Source of the DNA: Thermoplasmata archaeon
Lineage (GTDB): Archaea; Thermoplasmatota; Thermoplasmata; Lutacidiplasmatales; UBA184
Length of the DNA: 64,000 nt
Direction: 5' to 3'
Assembly (NCBI GenBank): GCA_021828195.1
Contig: JAKASQ010000001.1
Location: 169,202 to 233,201, forward strand
Shown: positions 18,651-28,038 of the stretch, in pieces
How positions within the stretch are numbered: the first letter of the stretch is position 1
How the letters are laid out: each line of letters starts with the position of its first letter
The notes under the pieces: generated by a model
Databases searched by the model: none
What the model saw: only the letters and a program-made list of their open reading frames with translations
What the model was told of the DNA's origin: nothing
Program-made: the position numbers and the translations under genes

Positions 18651-19591
18651 GCGCTCGGGCGCACGGCCCGAGCGGCGACTTCGGAGGCCAGTTCCGCGGC
18701 GCGGACCCCGATTCGGTCGACGAGCTCCCCCGCGCGTCGCTCGAGGGGGAGGGCGGTCCGGTGCTCCGTCGAGGCTGCGAACACGAGATCGCCGTCGACC
18801 GAAGTGTGGAACGGGACGATGACGCGCGCCAGTCCCGCCGAGACGTTCGCCGCGATCCGCTGGAGTCCGGGCCGTCCGATCGCGAGATCGGTGACGGCGA
18901 TGGCCAGGGTGGTGTGCGAGTCGGTTCCCTCCACCGCCGTTCCAGACCGGGGTGGGGATATCCGACCGCTGCGGGCGCGAGCACCGGCGATCCAGGCGCC
19001 GTTGCGAGGATCGCGCACCGCCCCCACCGCGTTGACCACCACGAGGACACCTAGGGTGCCACCACGGGCGATCCGTACGGCCGCGCTCGCGAGGCCACCG
19101 CGCATCGCCCGAGACCGCCCCAGGTACTTGCCCACCGTCGCTCCGGCGCCGGCGCCTACGTGGCCGGAGGCCGCCGCCGAGCGGCCCGCGACCCGGGTCG
19201 CTTCGTACCCCAGCGGAAGGTAATCTGGGATCGCCGCGCTCTCCACGGGCAGGTCGAAGAGGGCGGCGCCGGCGATCGGGACCACCCGGCTCGGGCTCGC
19301 GAAGGCCGGCTGGCCCTCGCCCTCCTCCAGGATGCGGGTCCGGACCCCGCGTGCCGCGTCGAGACCGTAGAGGCTTCCGCCCGAAAGGAAGATCGCCCAC
19401 CGCCGTCCGAAGGTGGCATCGAGCGCGAGCGATGCGATGTCGTAGGTCGCCGACGCTCCGCCCCGCACGTCGACGACCACGGGGCGGGCGCGGTCGAACC
19501 GGACCACCGTCACGCCGCTCGCACCGTCGAGGGTCGTCGCGTGGCCGAGCCGAACGCCCGGTACGCGTGCAAAGGTGAGCGGGGGTGGCAT
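18647..19591 (-). CDS. DmpA/OAT-fold aminopeptidase family (peptidase S58 / P1 family)
   Basis: Ntn-hydrolase-like pattern with GTVVGKYLG, GGSLYGLDAA, GTDSHTTLAIA motifs; start at MPPPLTFARVPG. Confidence 0.65.
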   Translation of the reverse strand: MPPPLTFARVPGVRLGHATTLDGASGVTVVRFDRARPVVVDVRGGASATYDIASLALDATFGRRWAIFLSGGSLYGLDAARGVRTRILEEGEGQPAFASPSRVVPIAGAALFDLPVESAAIPDYLPLGYEATRVAGRSAAASGHVGAGAGATVGKYLGRSRAMRGGLASAAVRIARGGTLGVLVVVNAVGAVRDPRNGAWIAGARARSGRISPPRSGTAVEGTDSHTTLAIAVTDLAIGRPGLQRIAANVSAGLARVIVPFHTSVDGDLVFAASTEHRTALPLERRAGELVDRIGVRAAELASEVAARAVRPSA

Positions 19592-19707
19592 CCGATCTCC
19601 GTCGGGGCTAGGATTCGAAGGTATAGGAGAGCAGTCGGTCCCAGGGTGCGGCCGTTCACGAACCCGTCCGGTGGATTTTATCAGGGGAAGAGGTTCGGCT
19701 CCTCGCG

Positions 19708-20289
19708 ATGTCTCCCCCTGCGAAGCCGGCCTCGCCACGGGGGGAACCCCCGAAGGAATTCGAGATCCGGCGGGAGCTCCCCCTCGGTCGACACCCGATC
19801 CTCGGGGTCTTCCCGACCCTCGATCGTCTGCCGACCGCCCGCCGGCTCGAGCCGGATGCGGACAAGCGCGCAGCGCTGTTCCGATCCACCGAGATCGAGC
19901 TCGTCGCCGACGACATGTGGATGTACGTCGCCCCGAAGAAGAAGTTCCCGGGCGCTCCGCGCGGCTGGAAGCCGGTGGTCTCGCCGGCGTCCGACTGCAT
20001 CGTCGTCGGCGCCGCCCACCTCCGGAAAAGCTCGGCGACGATGCTGTTCATGGACATCTACCACGAGCTCTGCCATGTCCGCCAGCGTCGGGATGGGGCC
20101 GACCTGTACGATCGGTCCGTGGGGTATACCCAGCGATGGACGGAGGTCGAAGCATACCGGTTCGTGGTGGAAGAGGCCCGGCGGTTCGACGTCTCGGACG
20201 AGTACCTGCGCGACTACCTCAAGGTCGAGTGGATCTCCACGGAGGAGCATCGCTCCCTGCTCCACGAGCTCGGCGTTCCCGTGGCCTAG
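19708..20289 (+). CDS. Hypothetical protein with HExxH zinc-metallopeptidase-like motif
   Basis: MDIYHELCHVRQ single HExxH; otherwise no recognisable family. Confidence 0.45.
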   Translation: MSPPAKPASPRGEPPKEFEIRRELPLGRHPILGVFPTLDRLPTARRLEPDADKRAALFRSTEIELVADDMWMYVAPKKKFPGAPRGWKPVVSPASDCIVVGAAHLRKSSATMLFMDIYHELCHVRQRRDGADLYDRSVGYTQRWTEVEAYRFVVEEARRFDVSDEYLRDYLKVEWISTEEHRSLLHELGVPVA

Positions 20290-20394
20290 AGCCGCCGAGC
20301 GGCGGTCCGGCTCCCCCTGCTTCCTGAGTAACGGACGCTTTATGCCTCGGCCCCAAAGTCGAAGCGTTCGTCCGAAGGGCACTGGACGGCGGTC

Positions 20395-21948
20395 GTGGTC
20401 GACATCACCATCCACCAACCGATCCGGCCCTCGACGAGCGATCTCTGGTTCCTCGCCTACCTCCCGCTCGCCATCTCGGACGGGATCGCAACCCCGCTGA
20501 TCCCACTGCTCGCGCTCCAGCACTTCGGAGCCTCGGCGTTCGCCGTCACGATCATCATCGGCGCGAGCAGCATGAGCCAGGTCCCGTTCACGATCCTGTG
20601 GGGGAACCTGTCCGATCGCGTCGCCCACCGGAAGTACTTCCTCGTCGGATCGTTCCTCGCCACCGGCCTCAGCATCATCGCGATCGCGTTCGCCCCGGAC
20701 CTCTCCAGCTACTTCTGGCTCAACGTCGTCGAAGGGCTCGCCTGCGCCGCGAGCGCGCCGATCGGCACGATGCTCCTGTTGGAGACTCGCCACAAGCGAT
20801 GGTGGCCGGGGGACATCGGTCTCTTCGGTCTCATCTCGGGGATCGGCACGACGGTGGGGCTCGCCATCGGGATCGTCTGGCTGTTCGTCATCGGGGTCAA
20901 CCAGTCCGCCGTCCAGGTGATGACGGGGCTCCTCGTCGTCTCCGGGATCCTCGCGGTCGTCGGCGCGATCATCGCCTGGGCTTGGATCGAAGAGCCGACG
21001 AGCCGCATCGAGCGACGTGCCGTCGCCGAGCTCGTCAATCTGCATCGCGGGGTCGTCGAACGCTACCGCCACTTCCGCTCGCGCGTGCTCAACATCGTCG
21101 ACATCGCGCGAGGTCCCGTCGAGCGGTTGAAGGGGCGAGAGATCCTCTTCCTCGCGGCCCTCGGCGTGATGAGCGTCGGCTTTGACATGTTCTACGGACC
21201 ATTCCCGGTCTTCCTCTGGCAGAACGCTCAGCTGTCCGACGCGTCGATCTTCATTGTCTACCTCGGGTCCAGCGCGGCCGCGACCGCGCTGTTCTTCCAA
21301 TCGGGCCGGGCGGTCGAGACCCGCTCGCCGAAGTCGGTGTTCTTGGGCTCGCTCTTCGGTCGGGTGCTCTTGATGCTCCTGTTCCTGTGGGGGCCGATCT
21401 ACATCCTCCTGGGACGCGGCAGCCCCGCGCTCACGGGTTGGTTCACGCTGTTGAACGCCCTCCTCGGGGTCACGTGGGCCTTCATCAGCACCGCGAGCAC
21501 GCTTTTCCTGATGCGACTGGTCGGTCGATCGGCGCGCGGCCGCGCTCTCGGCCTGTACAACGCGATCGCCGGCCTTGGCGGGTTGTTCGGCACGGTGGCC
21601 GGAGGGTATCTCTTCTCGACCTACGGCGTCGGTCTCACCTACTCGCTCGCGGCGGGGATCGTTCTGTTCGGGATGGCCATGCTCGTCCCGATCCCCTACC
21701 ACTCCTTCCGTGTTCCGTACCGGGTCGTCTCCCATCGAAGCTGGGGTCGCGACATGCGCGGAACGACCGCTCCGCCCCGCGGAGGGCACTCTGCCGGCGA
21801 GCCGGGTTCCTCAGGGGGAAGGAGGGAGGGCGACGCGCACCCGCCCGCAAGGGCCCCACACGGTCCGCCCACCTCGGCCACGCACCCTAAAGACCCACCC
21901 CCTCGTGGCGCGGGCCGTGAGCGCGGACCTCCAGCCCCCCGAGAATGA
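20395..21948 (+). CDS. MFS-type transporter
   Basis: 12 predicted TM helices, two 6-helix halves with basic intracellular loops; disordered C-terminal tail overlaps truD start. Confidence 0.7.
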   Translation: MVDITIHQPIRPSTSDLWFLAYLPLAISDGIATPLIPLLALQHFGASAFAVTIIIGASSMSQVPFTILWGNLSDRVAHRKYFLVGSFLATGLSIIAIAFAPDLSSYFWLNVVEGLACAASAPIGTMLLLETRHKRWWPGDIGLFGLISGIGTTVGLAIGIVWLFVIGVNQSAVQVMTGLLVVSGILAVVGAIIAWAWIEEPTSRIERRAVAELVNLHRGVVERYRHFRSRVLNIVDIARGPVERLKGREILFLAALGVMSVGFDMFYGPFPVFLWQNAQLSDASIFIVYLGSSAAATALFFQSGRAVETRSPKSVFLGSLFGRVLLMLLFLWGPIYILLGRGSPALTGWFTLLNALLGVTWAFISTASTLFLMRLVGRSARGRALGLYNAIAGLGGLFGTVAGGYLFSTYGVGLTYSLAAGIVLFGMAMLVPIPYHSFRVPYRVVSHRSWGRDMRGTTAPPRGGHSAGEPGSSGGRREGDAHPPARAPHGPPTSATHPKDPPPRGAGRERGPPAPRE

Positions 21949-23230
21949 GCGGGCGGTGGGACTCGCGTTCTACGCGACCCGCGCCCACGGGGTGCCGGGG
22001 ACCCTCAAAGCCAACCCTGAATCCTTCCACGTACGCGAGATCTCCGCCTACCCGGTTCCGCAACCGGACGGACGCTTCGTCGTGGTCCGGATCGAGAGCC
22101 GAAACTGGGAACAGCACGAACTCGCGAGCGCGCTCGCCCGCAGGCTCGGCCTCGCTCCCAATTCGGTCCGGTGGGCCGGGACCAAGGATCGGCGCGCCCT
22201 CACCGAACGACTGTTCTCCTACGTGGGTCCCCTGCCCGCGGCCGATCTCCATCTTGCCGATGCGACGATCGTTGAGGCGTACCGCGCTCGGGACGGACTT
22301 TCCCTGGGGCACCATTATGGGAACTCGTTCGAGATCCGCGTCTCGGACCTTCCGATGTCGTCGGAGGAGGCGGTGCTCGCGTACGGCGCAGTCCTCCGAG
22401 AGCTCGAAGAGGCCGGCCGCTTTCCGGACCTCTTCGGCCTGCAGCGCTTCGGGGAGGTCCGTCCGGTGACCCACGAGGTCGGTCGCGCGCTCGTTCAGGG
22501 TCGAGTGGACGAGGCGGTGGAGATCTACCTCGCACGGATTCCTCCCGGAGACGATTCCTCCCGATCCCCCGCCCGCGCGGCTTATGCTGCGGACCACGAC
22601 GCGGTGCGAGCCCTCCGCGACTTCCCGCGCGAGTACCGGTTCGAGCGCTCGATGCTCGAACACTTGGCCCACGGCCATCCGCCCGAACGCGCCTTCCGCG
22701 CACTCAATCGCGAACTTCGCCTGCTCTTCGTCCATGCCTACCAATCCCTCCTGTTCAATCGCTGGGTCAGCCGGCGCCACTCGCTCGGAATCCCACTGAA
22801 CATGCCCGAGGAGGGCGACTACATCCTGCGGGTGGGGCGGGACGGCACGATGCGGGGGCAGGATGCGATCCCCGTCGATCGAGACAATGTTCCGGAATGC
22901 GCCGATCTCGTCCGCCGCGGGCGGGCGGTCGTCGCCGGCCCGCTCATCGGGTTCGAAACGCCGCGACGCGCGGGTCGGGCGGGGGAGCTCGTCGATCGGG
23001 TGCTCGCCGACGAAGGGGTCACGCCGAAGGAGTTCGAGCTTCCTCATACCCCCGACATCTCGAGCGCAGGATCGTGGCGCCCCGTGACCCTGGCCCTACC
23101 GCCGATCGGGATCTCTCCGGACCCTTCAGGGGAGGGAGGAGACGGAGTCTGGTTCCGGTTCGCGCTCCCGAAGGGCGCCTACGCGACCGTCCTGCTCCGG
23201 GAGTTCCTGAAAATCGGCTCGAGCGGGTAG
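21905..23230 (+). CDS. truD: tRNA pseudouridine(13) synthase TruD/Pus7 family
   Basis: WAGTKDRRALTERLFSYVG catalytic Asp motif, FGLQRFG; GTG start inferred. Confidence 0.8.
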   Translation: MARAVSADLQPPENERAVGLAFYATRAHGVPGTLKANPESFHVREISAYPVPQPDGRFVVVRIESRNWEQHELASALARRLGLAPNSVRWAGTKDRRALTERLFSYVGPLPAADLHLADATIVEAYRARDGLSLGHHYGNSFEIRVSDLPMSSEEAVLAYGAVLRELEEAGRFPDLFGLQRFGEVRPVTHEVGRALVQGRVDEAVEIYLARIPPGDDSSRSPARAAYAADHDAVRALRDFPREYRFERSMLEHLAHGHPPERAFRALNRELRLLFVHAYQSLLFNRWVSRRHSLGIPLNMPEEGDYILRVGRDGTMRGQDAIPVDRDNVPECADLVRRGRAVVAGPLIGFETPRRAGRAGELVDRVLADEGVTPKEFELPHTPDISSAGSWRPVTLALPPIGISPDPSGEGGDGVWFRFALPKGAYATVLLREFLKIGSSG

Positions 23231-23300
23231 CCCGCGCGCGCGTGGAGCCGCATCTACAAATACTGAGCATCGGGGTTGGAAGCGCGCGGAGCTCAGGTTC

Positions 23301-24215
23301 GTGGCGCTCGAGTCCCCCCGGCCATTCCTCATGGGCCCGGGCACCGTTCCTGCGACGGCCTCCGAGGCCGTTCGGGGTCCCGCCCGAGCGCCGACCGGGG
23401 TTCCCGACCTCGACTACCTGACGGGCGGGGTCCCGGCGGGATCGGTCATCCTGCTCCTGGGAGAGCCTGGAGCGGGGCACCCCGAGTTCGCGTTGACCTC
23501 GGCCGTCCACCTCATGCTTCATCGCGAGGATCCCTCCCAGCATCGGATCTACCTCGGCACGGCCCCCGGCCCGTTCGTCTACCCGGATGGCATCCTCTAC
23601 GTCAGCCTGACCCGATCCCGGGAGCAGATACTCGACGAGGCGCGTGCCGCGTTCGACTCGAGCTACCCGGACGCGCTCACGCGCCACCTCACCTTCCGAG
23701 ACCTCTCCTCCGCCTACTTCGCCGACACCGTCGTTCCCTCCGCGTGGGCCGCCGTGCCGAGCCCGCTCCTCGGAGGGGGCCCTCGGGGAGGGAGCGCGGA
23801 CGCGGGACCTCTCGCGGCTCTGGCCAACGCGCTCGAACCGGGAGGGCAATCGAACCTCGTCATCGTCGATTCCCTCACCGATCTCCTCGTGCGCCGGGGT
23901 GTCGAGCCCGGAGACCTCCTGACCCTCGTAAAGGGACTGCGCCGCCGGGCGAAGGAGTGGGGCGGCATCGTCTATCTCCTGCTCTCCCAAGGGGTCGCGG
24001 CGCCCGCCACGGAAGAGGCGATCATCGATTCGGTCGATGCCGTGTTCGCCTTCCGTTGGACGACCGCGCCGAACCGGACCCACCGGCAACGCGTGCTCCT
24101 CATCGAGAAGTCGATGCCCGTGCTCGCTCACCTCGCCGAGGAGTACCAGGGTCGGTTCGTCGTCCGCGTCCATCACCTGACGGGGCTGGTGACCACGCAG
24201 CATGAGCGGATCTGA
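23301..24215 (+). CDS. KaiC/RecA-superfamily protein with degenerate Walker A (probable pseudo-ATPase)
   Basis: GVPDLDYLTGGVPAGSVILLLGEPGAGHPEF - P-loop lacks the GK[T/S]; Walker B-like LVIVDSLTDLL retained. Confidence 0.6.
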   Translation: MALESPRPFLMGPGTVPATASEAVRGPARAPTGVPDLDYLTGGVPAGSVILLLGEPGAGHPEFALTSAVHLMLHREDPSQHRIYLGTAPGPFVYPDGILYVSLTRSREQILDEARAAFDSSYPDALTRHLTFRDLSSAYFADTVVPSAWAAVPSPLLGGGPRGGSADAGPLAALANALEPGGQSNLVIVDSLTDLLVRRGVEPGDLLTLVKGLRRRAKEWGGIVYLLLSQGVAAPATEEAIIDSVDAVFAFRWTTAPNRTHRQRVLLIEKSMPVLAHLAEEYQGRFVVRVHHLTGLVTTQHERI

Positions 24216-24930
24216 GCCGCCTCACCCCAAGGTCCCGACGGGGATCGCGGGTCTCGACCAGATGCTCCGGGGAGGTCTCCCCGCCGGGCACGTCGTGCTC
24301 GTGACCGGACTACCGGGGACCGGGAAGACCTGCTTCGGCCTGCAGTTCCTCATGGCCGGGGTCGCACGCGGCGAGACGGGCGTCTTCCTCTCCCTCGAGG
24401 AGGATGTCCCGCAACTCCTCGAAAGCGCCCGGCAGTTCGGCTGGCCGGTCGACGCGGCGGTGGAGCGCAAGACGCTCAATGTGATTCGGCTCGATCCGCG
24501 GGAGACGAAGCAGAGCATCCAGCGGATCCGCGGCGAGTTCGCGGGCGAGCTCGCGAAGATGAAGGCGCGGCGGATCGTGGTCGACTCGATTTCGCTGCTG
24601 CAGATGCTCAGCGATGACGAGACGGGCCGGCGCGAGACGCTCTTCGCCCTCGCCGGAGCGTGCCGGGCCTCCGGCGCGACGACGGTGTTCACCGCCGAGG
24701 CCGATCCGCGCCACCCCGGGGTGAGCCGCGACGGTCTCTCCGAGTACGTCGCCGATGGGGTCATCCTGCTCGGCTACTCCACCCCGGCGGAAGGCCGGAG
24801 GATCGATCTGTCGCTGCGGATCCTGAAGATGCGGCGCACGGATCACGCGCGATCGATCCAGCCGTACTGGATCCGCGCCGATGGGATCGAGGTCGACGCC
24901 CAGGCGATCGACTTCAGCCGGGGCGGCTAG
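24202..24930 (+). CDS. KaiC-like single-domain RecA-superfamily ATPase
   Basis: GIAGLDQMLRGGLPAGHVVLVTGLPGTGKTCFGLQF intact Walker A; RIVVDSISLL Walker B; overlaps previous gene by 14 nt. Confidence 0.75.
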   Translation: MSGSEPPHPKVPTGIAGLDQMLRGGLPAGHVVLVTGLPGTGKTCFGLQFLMAGVARGETGVFLSLEEDVPQLLESARQFGWPVDAAVERKTLNVIRLDPRETKQSIQRIRGEFAGELAKMKARRIVVDSISLLQMLSDDETGRRETLFALAGACRASGATTVFTAEADPRHPGVSRDGLSEYVADGVILLGYSTPAEGRRIDLSLRILKMRRTDHARSIQPYWIRADGIEVDAQAIDFSRGG

Positions 24931-24947
24931 TACCTCGGATCGCCCGA

Positions 24948-25502
24948 TCACGCGTCGCTCGAAGGGGGCGACCAACCCACCTTCTGAGACCACGAATGGG
25001 CCCGCACGAGCAAGCTCCAGAGCGTCGGCTCTTTGGCTGCGACGTACCCTTCCCGGTCCGTCCGGAAACGCTCCGCCAGCGACCGCTTTTCCGAAGCGTA
25101 GAGCTGCGCCGCCGCGGGCTCGGCCCTCAGGAAGTCCCGGAACAGTAAGTTGAGCTGCTCGTCGAAGCTCCCCTGCGCGCGAACGTGAACGTGGGTGCGG
25201 CGGCGCCCCTCCGGTTCACGGAAGTACCGTTGGGTCCGGTCGGGGTTCGCGGGGCGCAAGACATACCCGAGGGTCTCGAGCGGTCCGCGGATACGTCTTT
25301 CGGCCGTCCGTTGGGCCACCGAGATCTGAATGTCGATCACGTCCTTGGCCGCGAGCCCGGGTACGGCGGTCGATCCGACGTGATCGATGCGCGTCGCGAC
25401 CTTCCCCAGCTCGAGCCGCAGCGCCGTCGCGATCGCGCGGAACTCCTGCGGCCACCTCGGATCATACGGTACGATGATGATCGGATCGTCGTTCGGGGAC
25501 AT
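24948..25502 (-). CDS. GrpB/UPF0157 nucleotidyltransferase-fold protein
   Basis: PYDPRWPQEF...HVGSTAVPGL.AKDVIDIQI signature of GrpB family; start at MSPNDDP. Confidence 0.6.
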   Translation of the reverse strand: MSPNDDPIIIVPYDPRWPQEFRAIATALRLELGKVATRIDHVGSTAVPGLAAKDVIDIQISVAQRTAERRIRGPLETLGYVLRPANPDRTQRYFREPEGRRRTHVHVRAQGSFDEQLNLLFRDFLRAEPAAAQLYASEKRSLAERFRTDREGYVAAKEPTLWSLLVRAHSWSQKVGWSPPSSDA

Positions 25503-25913
25503 CGAGAGTGAACCGGGGCGAATCGCCCCACCGGTCACCGGCTCTTGAAACGGCCGGGATAGGCGCGCACTCCGTCCGACCGCGGGTCGGAGGCGGGCGC
25601 CACGGGCCCGCCGGAGAACCTTCCGTTGGAGAGGCGGGATGCGAGCGCCGACGGTAGGGAGCGGAGCGGCCCCGGTCATCCCATCTCCCGCCCGTCGAGG
25701 AGGGCCGAGCCCGCTCGACTGCGTTTGCTTAGCCGCGTTTCGCGCTACCGCCGACGAAGGCCGCATGGATCGAGGCGTACCCGGGCCCGTAGGGTGGGCC
25801 GGAACGCGGAATCGCCCTCGGTTCGAGGCTGCTCCTCGGCCCGCGCGGACCGCCGTCTGCCCTATCCGCGGCCCCCGCCTGCGGGGGCTGCCAAGAGGGA
25901 CGACCGGACAACC

Positions 25914-27545
25914 ATGAAGCGCCTCGAGGACGTCGCTGTCGATCTTGGCCTAACGCCGGGGGAGATCGTCCCATACGGTCCCGGCATCGCCAAGATCCCT
26001 TCCTCGGCCGTCCGCGCGCGGACAGGCCCCGCTCGGGCCAAGCTGATCCTCGTGACGTCCATGACTCCGACGGCTCATGGAGAGGGAAAGACCGTCACCG
26101 CGATCGGAACGGCGATGGCGCTCGTGCGTCAAGGGTTCCGGGCGGTCCCCTGCCTGCGGCAGCCATCGTTCGGCCCGGTCTTCGGCACCAAGGGAGGCGC
26201 GACAGGCGGCGGACGCGCCACGGTCGAGCCGGGCACGGAGATCAACCTCGGCCTGACCGGCGACCTGTACGCCATCGCCAGCGCTCAGAACCTTCTAGCG
26301 TCCATGGTCGACAACCACCTCCATTATGGCAACGATCTCGAGATCGATCCCGACCGGATCACGGTCCCTCGCGCGATCGATCTCGACGATCGGGCGCTGC
26401 GCCGCGTTCGCGTGGGGCTCGGCGGCACCGCGAGCGGTCCGGAGCGCTCGGATGGCTTTGTGATCGCGGCCGCCTCCGAGGTTGCAGCGATCCAATGCCT
26501 CTCGCGCAATCTCGACGACCTCCACACCCGGCTCGATGGAATGCTCGTGGGCTTCTCACGCGCGGGACGACCCATTCAGGCCTCGGACCTGGGCGCGGGC
26601 GGCGCGATGACGGCGATCCTCCGACACGCGATGGAGCCCAACTTGGTCCAGACCGCCGAGGGGACCCCGGCGCTCGTACACGCAGGGCCGTTCGCGAATC
26701 TGGGCCCCGGCACGGCGAGCGTGAGCTCGGTCCGGCTGGCCCTTTCGCTCGCGGATTACGTCCTGGTCGAGGCCGGGTTCGCTTCCGAGCTCGGAGCGGA
26801 AAAGTTCGTCGATCTCGTCGGGCCTACTGGCGGATTCCAACCTGTCGCCGCCATCGTCGTGGCCACGGTCGATGCTCTCCGCCACCACGGTCGGGCCCTT
26901 TCTTCGGATACTCCGGTGACGGGCCCGGACGCGATCCGGCGCGGGCTTGCCAACCTCGATCGGCATCTCGCCAACGTACGCACGCTCGGACTCGAACCGG
27001 TCGTCGCGGTGAACGAGCACCCTCACGACACGCCCGAGGAGCTCGCCGTTCTGGAAGAGCATCTCCGCTCCCAGGGGGTGCGCTGGGCACGCTCCACCGT
27101 GTACGCGGACGGTGGGGCCGGCGCGGAGGTCCTCGCCACGGAAGTGCGAGGCGTAGCCGCTCGAGGACGGGCCGCCCGTCCGATCTTTGCGGCGGACCTA
27201 GCGGTGACCGAGAAGCTTCTCACCGTCGCCCGAGCGCTCTATGGGGCCCGCGAGGTGGCCTCCCTACCCCAGGCGATGACGGACCTCGGGGCCCTCGAAT
27301 CGGTGGGGCTCGGCCGCGGGCCGCTGTGCGTCGCCAAGACCCAGCTTTCGCTGTCCGATGACGCGCATCTCCTCGGCGCACCGCAGGCCTTCGATGTCCG
27401 GATCCATTCCTGGCACCCGTGGACCGGGGCGGGGTTCGCGCTCGCATCGCTGGGAGAGATCCTTAGCATGCCGGGTCTTCCCCAGGACCCGGCGGCGCGG
27501 CATATCGGTGTGAACGGCACCGGAGAGGTCACCGGCCTTCTCTGA
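25914..27545 (+). CDS. fhs: Formate--tetrahydrofolate ligase
   Basis: MKRLEDVA...TPTAHGEGKTVT(A)IG, ...HAGPFANL conserved FTHFS motifs. Confidence 0.9.
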   Translation: MKRLEDVAVDLGLTPGEIVPYGPGIAKIPSSAVRARTGPARAKLILVTSMTPTAHGEGKTVTAIGTAMALVRQGFRAVPCLRQPSFGPVFGTKGGATGGGRATVEPGTEINLGLTGDLYAIASAQNLLASMVDNHLHYGNDLEIDPDRITVPRAIDLDDRALRRVRVGLGGTASGPERSDGFVIAAASEVAAIQCLSRNLDDLHTRLDGMLVGFSRAGRPIQASDLGAGGAMTAILRHAMEPNLVQTAEGTPALVHAGPFANLGPGTASVSSVRLALSLADYVLVEAGFASELGAEKFVDLVGPTGGFQPVAAIVVATVDALRHHGRALSSDTPVTGPDAIRRGLANLDRHLANVRTLGLEPVVAVNEHPHDTPEELAVLEEHLRSQGVRWARSTVYADGGAGAEVLATEVRGVAARGRAARPIFAADLAVTEKLLTVARALYGAREVASLPQAMTDLGALESVGLGRGPLCVAKTQLSLSDDAHLLGAPQAFDVRIHSWHPWTGAGFALASLGEILSMPGLPQDPAARHIGVNGTGEVTGLL

Positions 27546-27778
27546 GGGGCGGCGATCGCACGACGTAGCTCTCGGGGTAGGAACCGTAACGTCATCGGGC
27601 CGCGAGCGCGGCCGCCTCCTCGGGCGGTTCGACCGAAAGGCCCGAGGTGTTACAGGAATCTCGAGGTACACCCCGATCGACCACGGGCCGGGGACTCCGA
27701 TGGGTTCATCGTGCCCTCCTTCCCTCGCCTCTCCTTGGGGAACGCGGCCATGAGATGGGTCGTTTACATGTATGACCC

Positions 27779-27922
27779 ATGAATCAGGGGAAAAGAGGAA
27801 CCTCGTATGAGAAGGCGCTCGAGCGAGGAGGTTTCGCTCGGGACGACGAGGACGTGTGTCCGATCCGATGGGATGCGGATCGGAAGGTGGACGAGTTCCT
27901 TCGCTCGCGACGGCGGGCGTGA
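27779..27922 (+). CDS. Possible 47-aa small protein upstream of xpb (MNQGKRGTSYEKALERGGFARDDEDVCPIRWDADRKVDEFLRSRRRA)
   Basis: Only non-Arg/Pro-biased ORF in the 490-bp fhs-xpb spacer. Below ORF-track size cutoff; by-eye translation. Confidence 0.2.
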   Translation: MNQGKRGTSYEKALERGGFARDDEDVCPIRWDADRKVDEFLRSRRRA

Positions 27923-28038
27923 TTGGCGCCGCCTCATGAAGCATGATCCGCTGCCCTTCCTGTGCCAGTGTGTCGGCCGCGTAGGACGAGCGGGAGAGTC
28001 GCCTCACCTTTTTCAGCGGGACCGGCATCGCCCTCGCA

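Noticed and set aside
17775-21789. Very long minus-strand ORFs 17775..19400 and 19681..21789 (541 and 702 aa)
   Set aside because: Antisense to the regulator, aminopeptidase, HExxH protein and MFS genes; Arg/Asp/Gly/Pro-rich with no domain signatures
27625-27645. GGTTCGA T-loop-like string suggesting a tRNA
   Set aside because: Flanking sequence does not form T-stem, acceptor or anticodon arms; it is the loop of a simple hairpin
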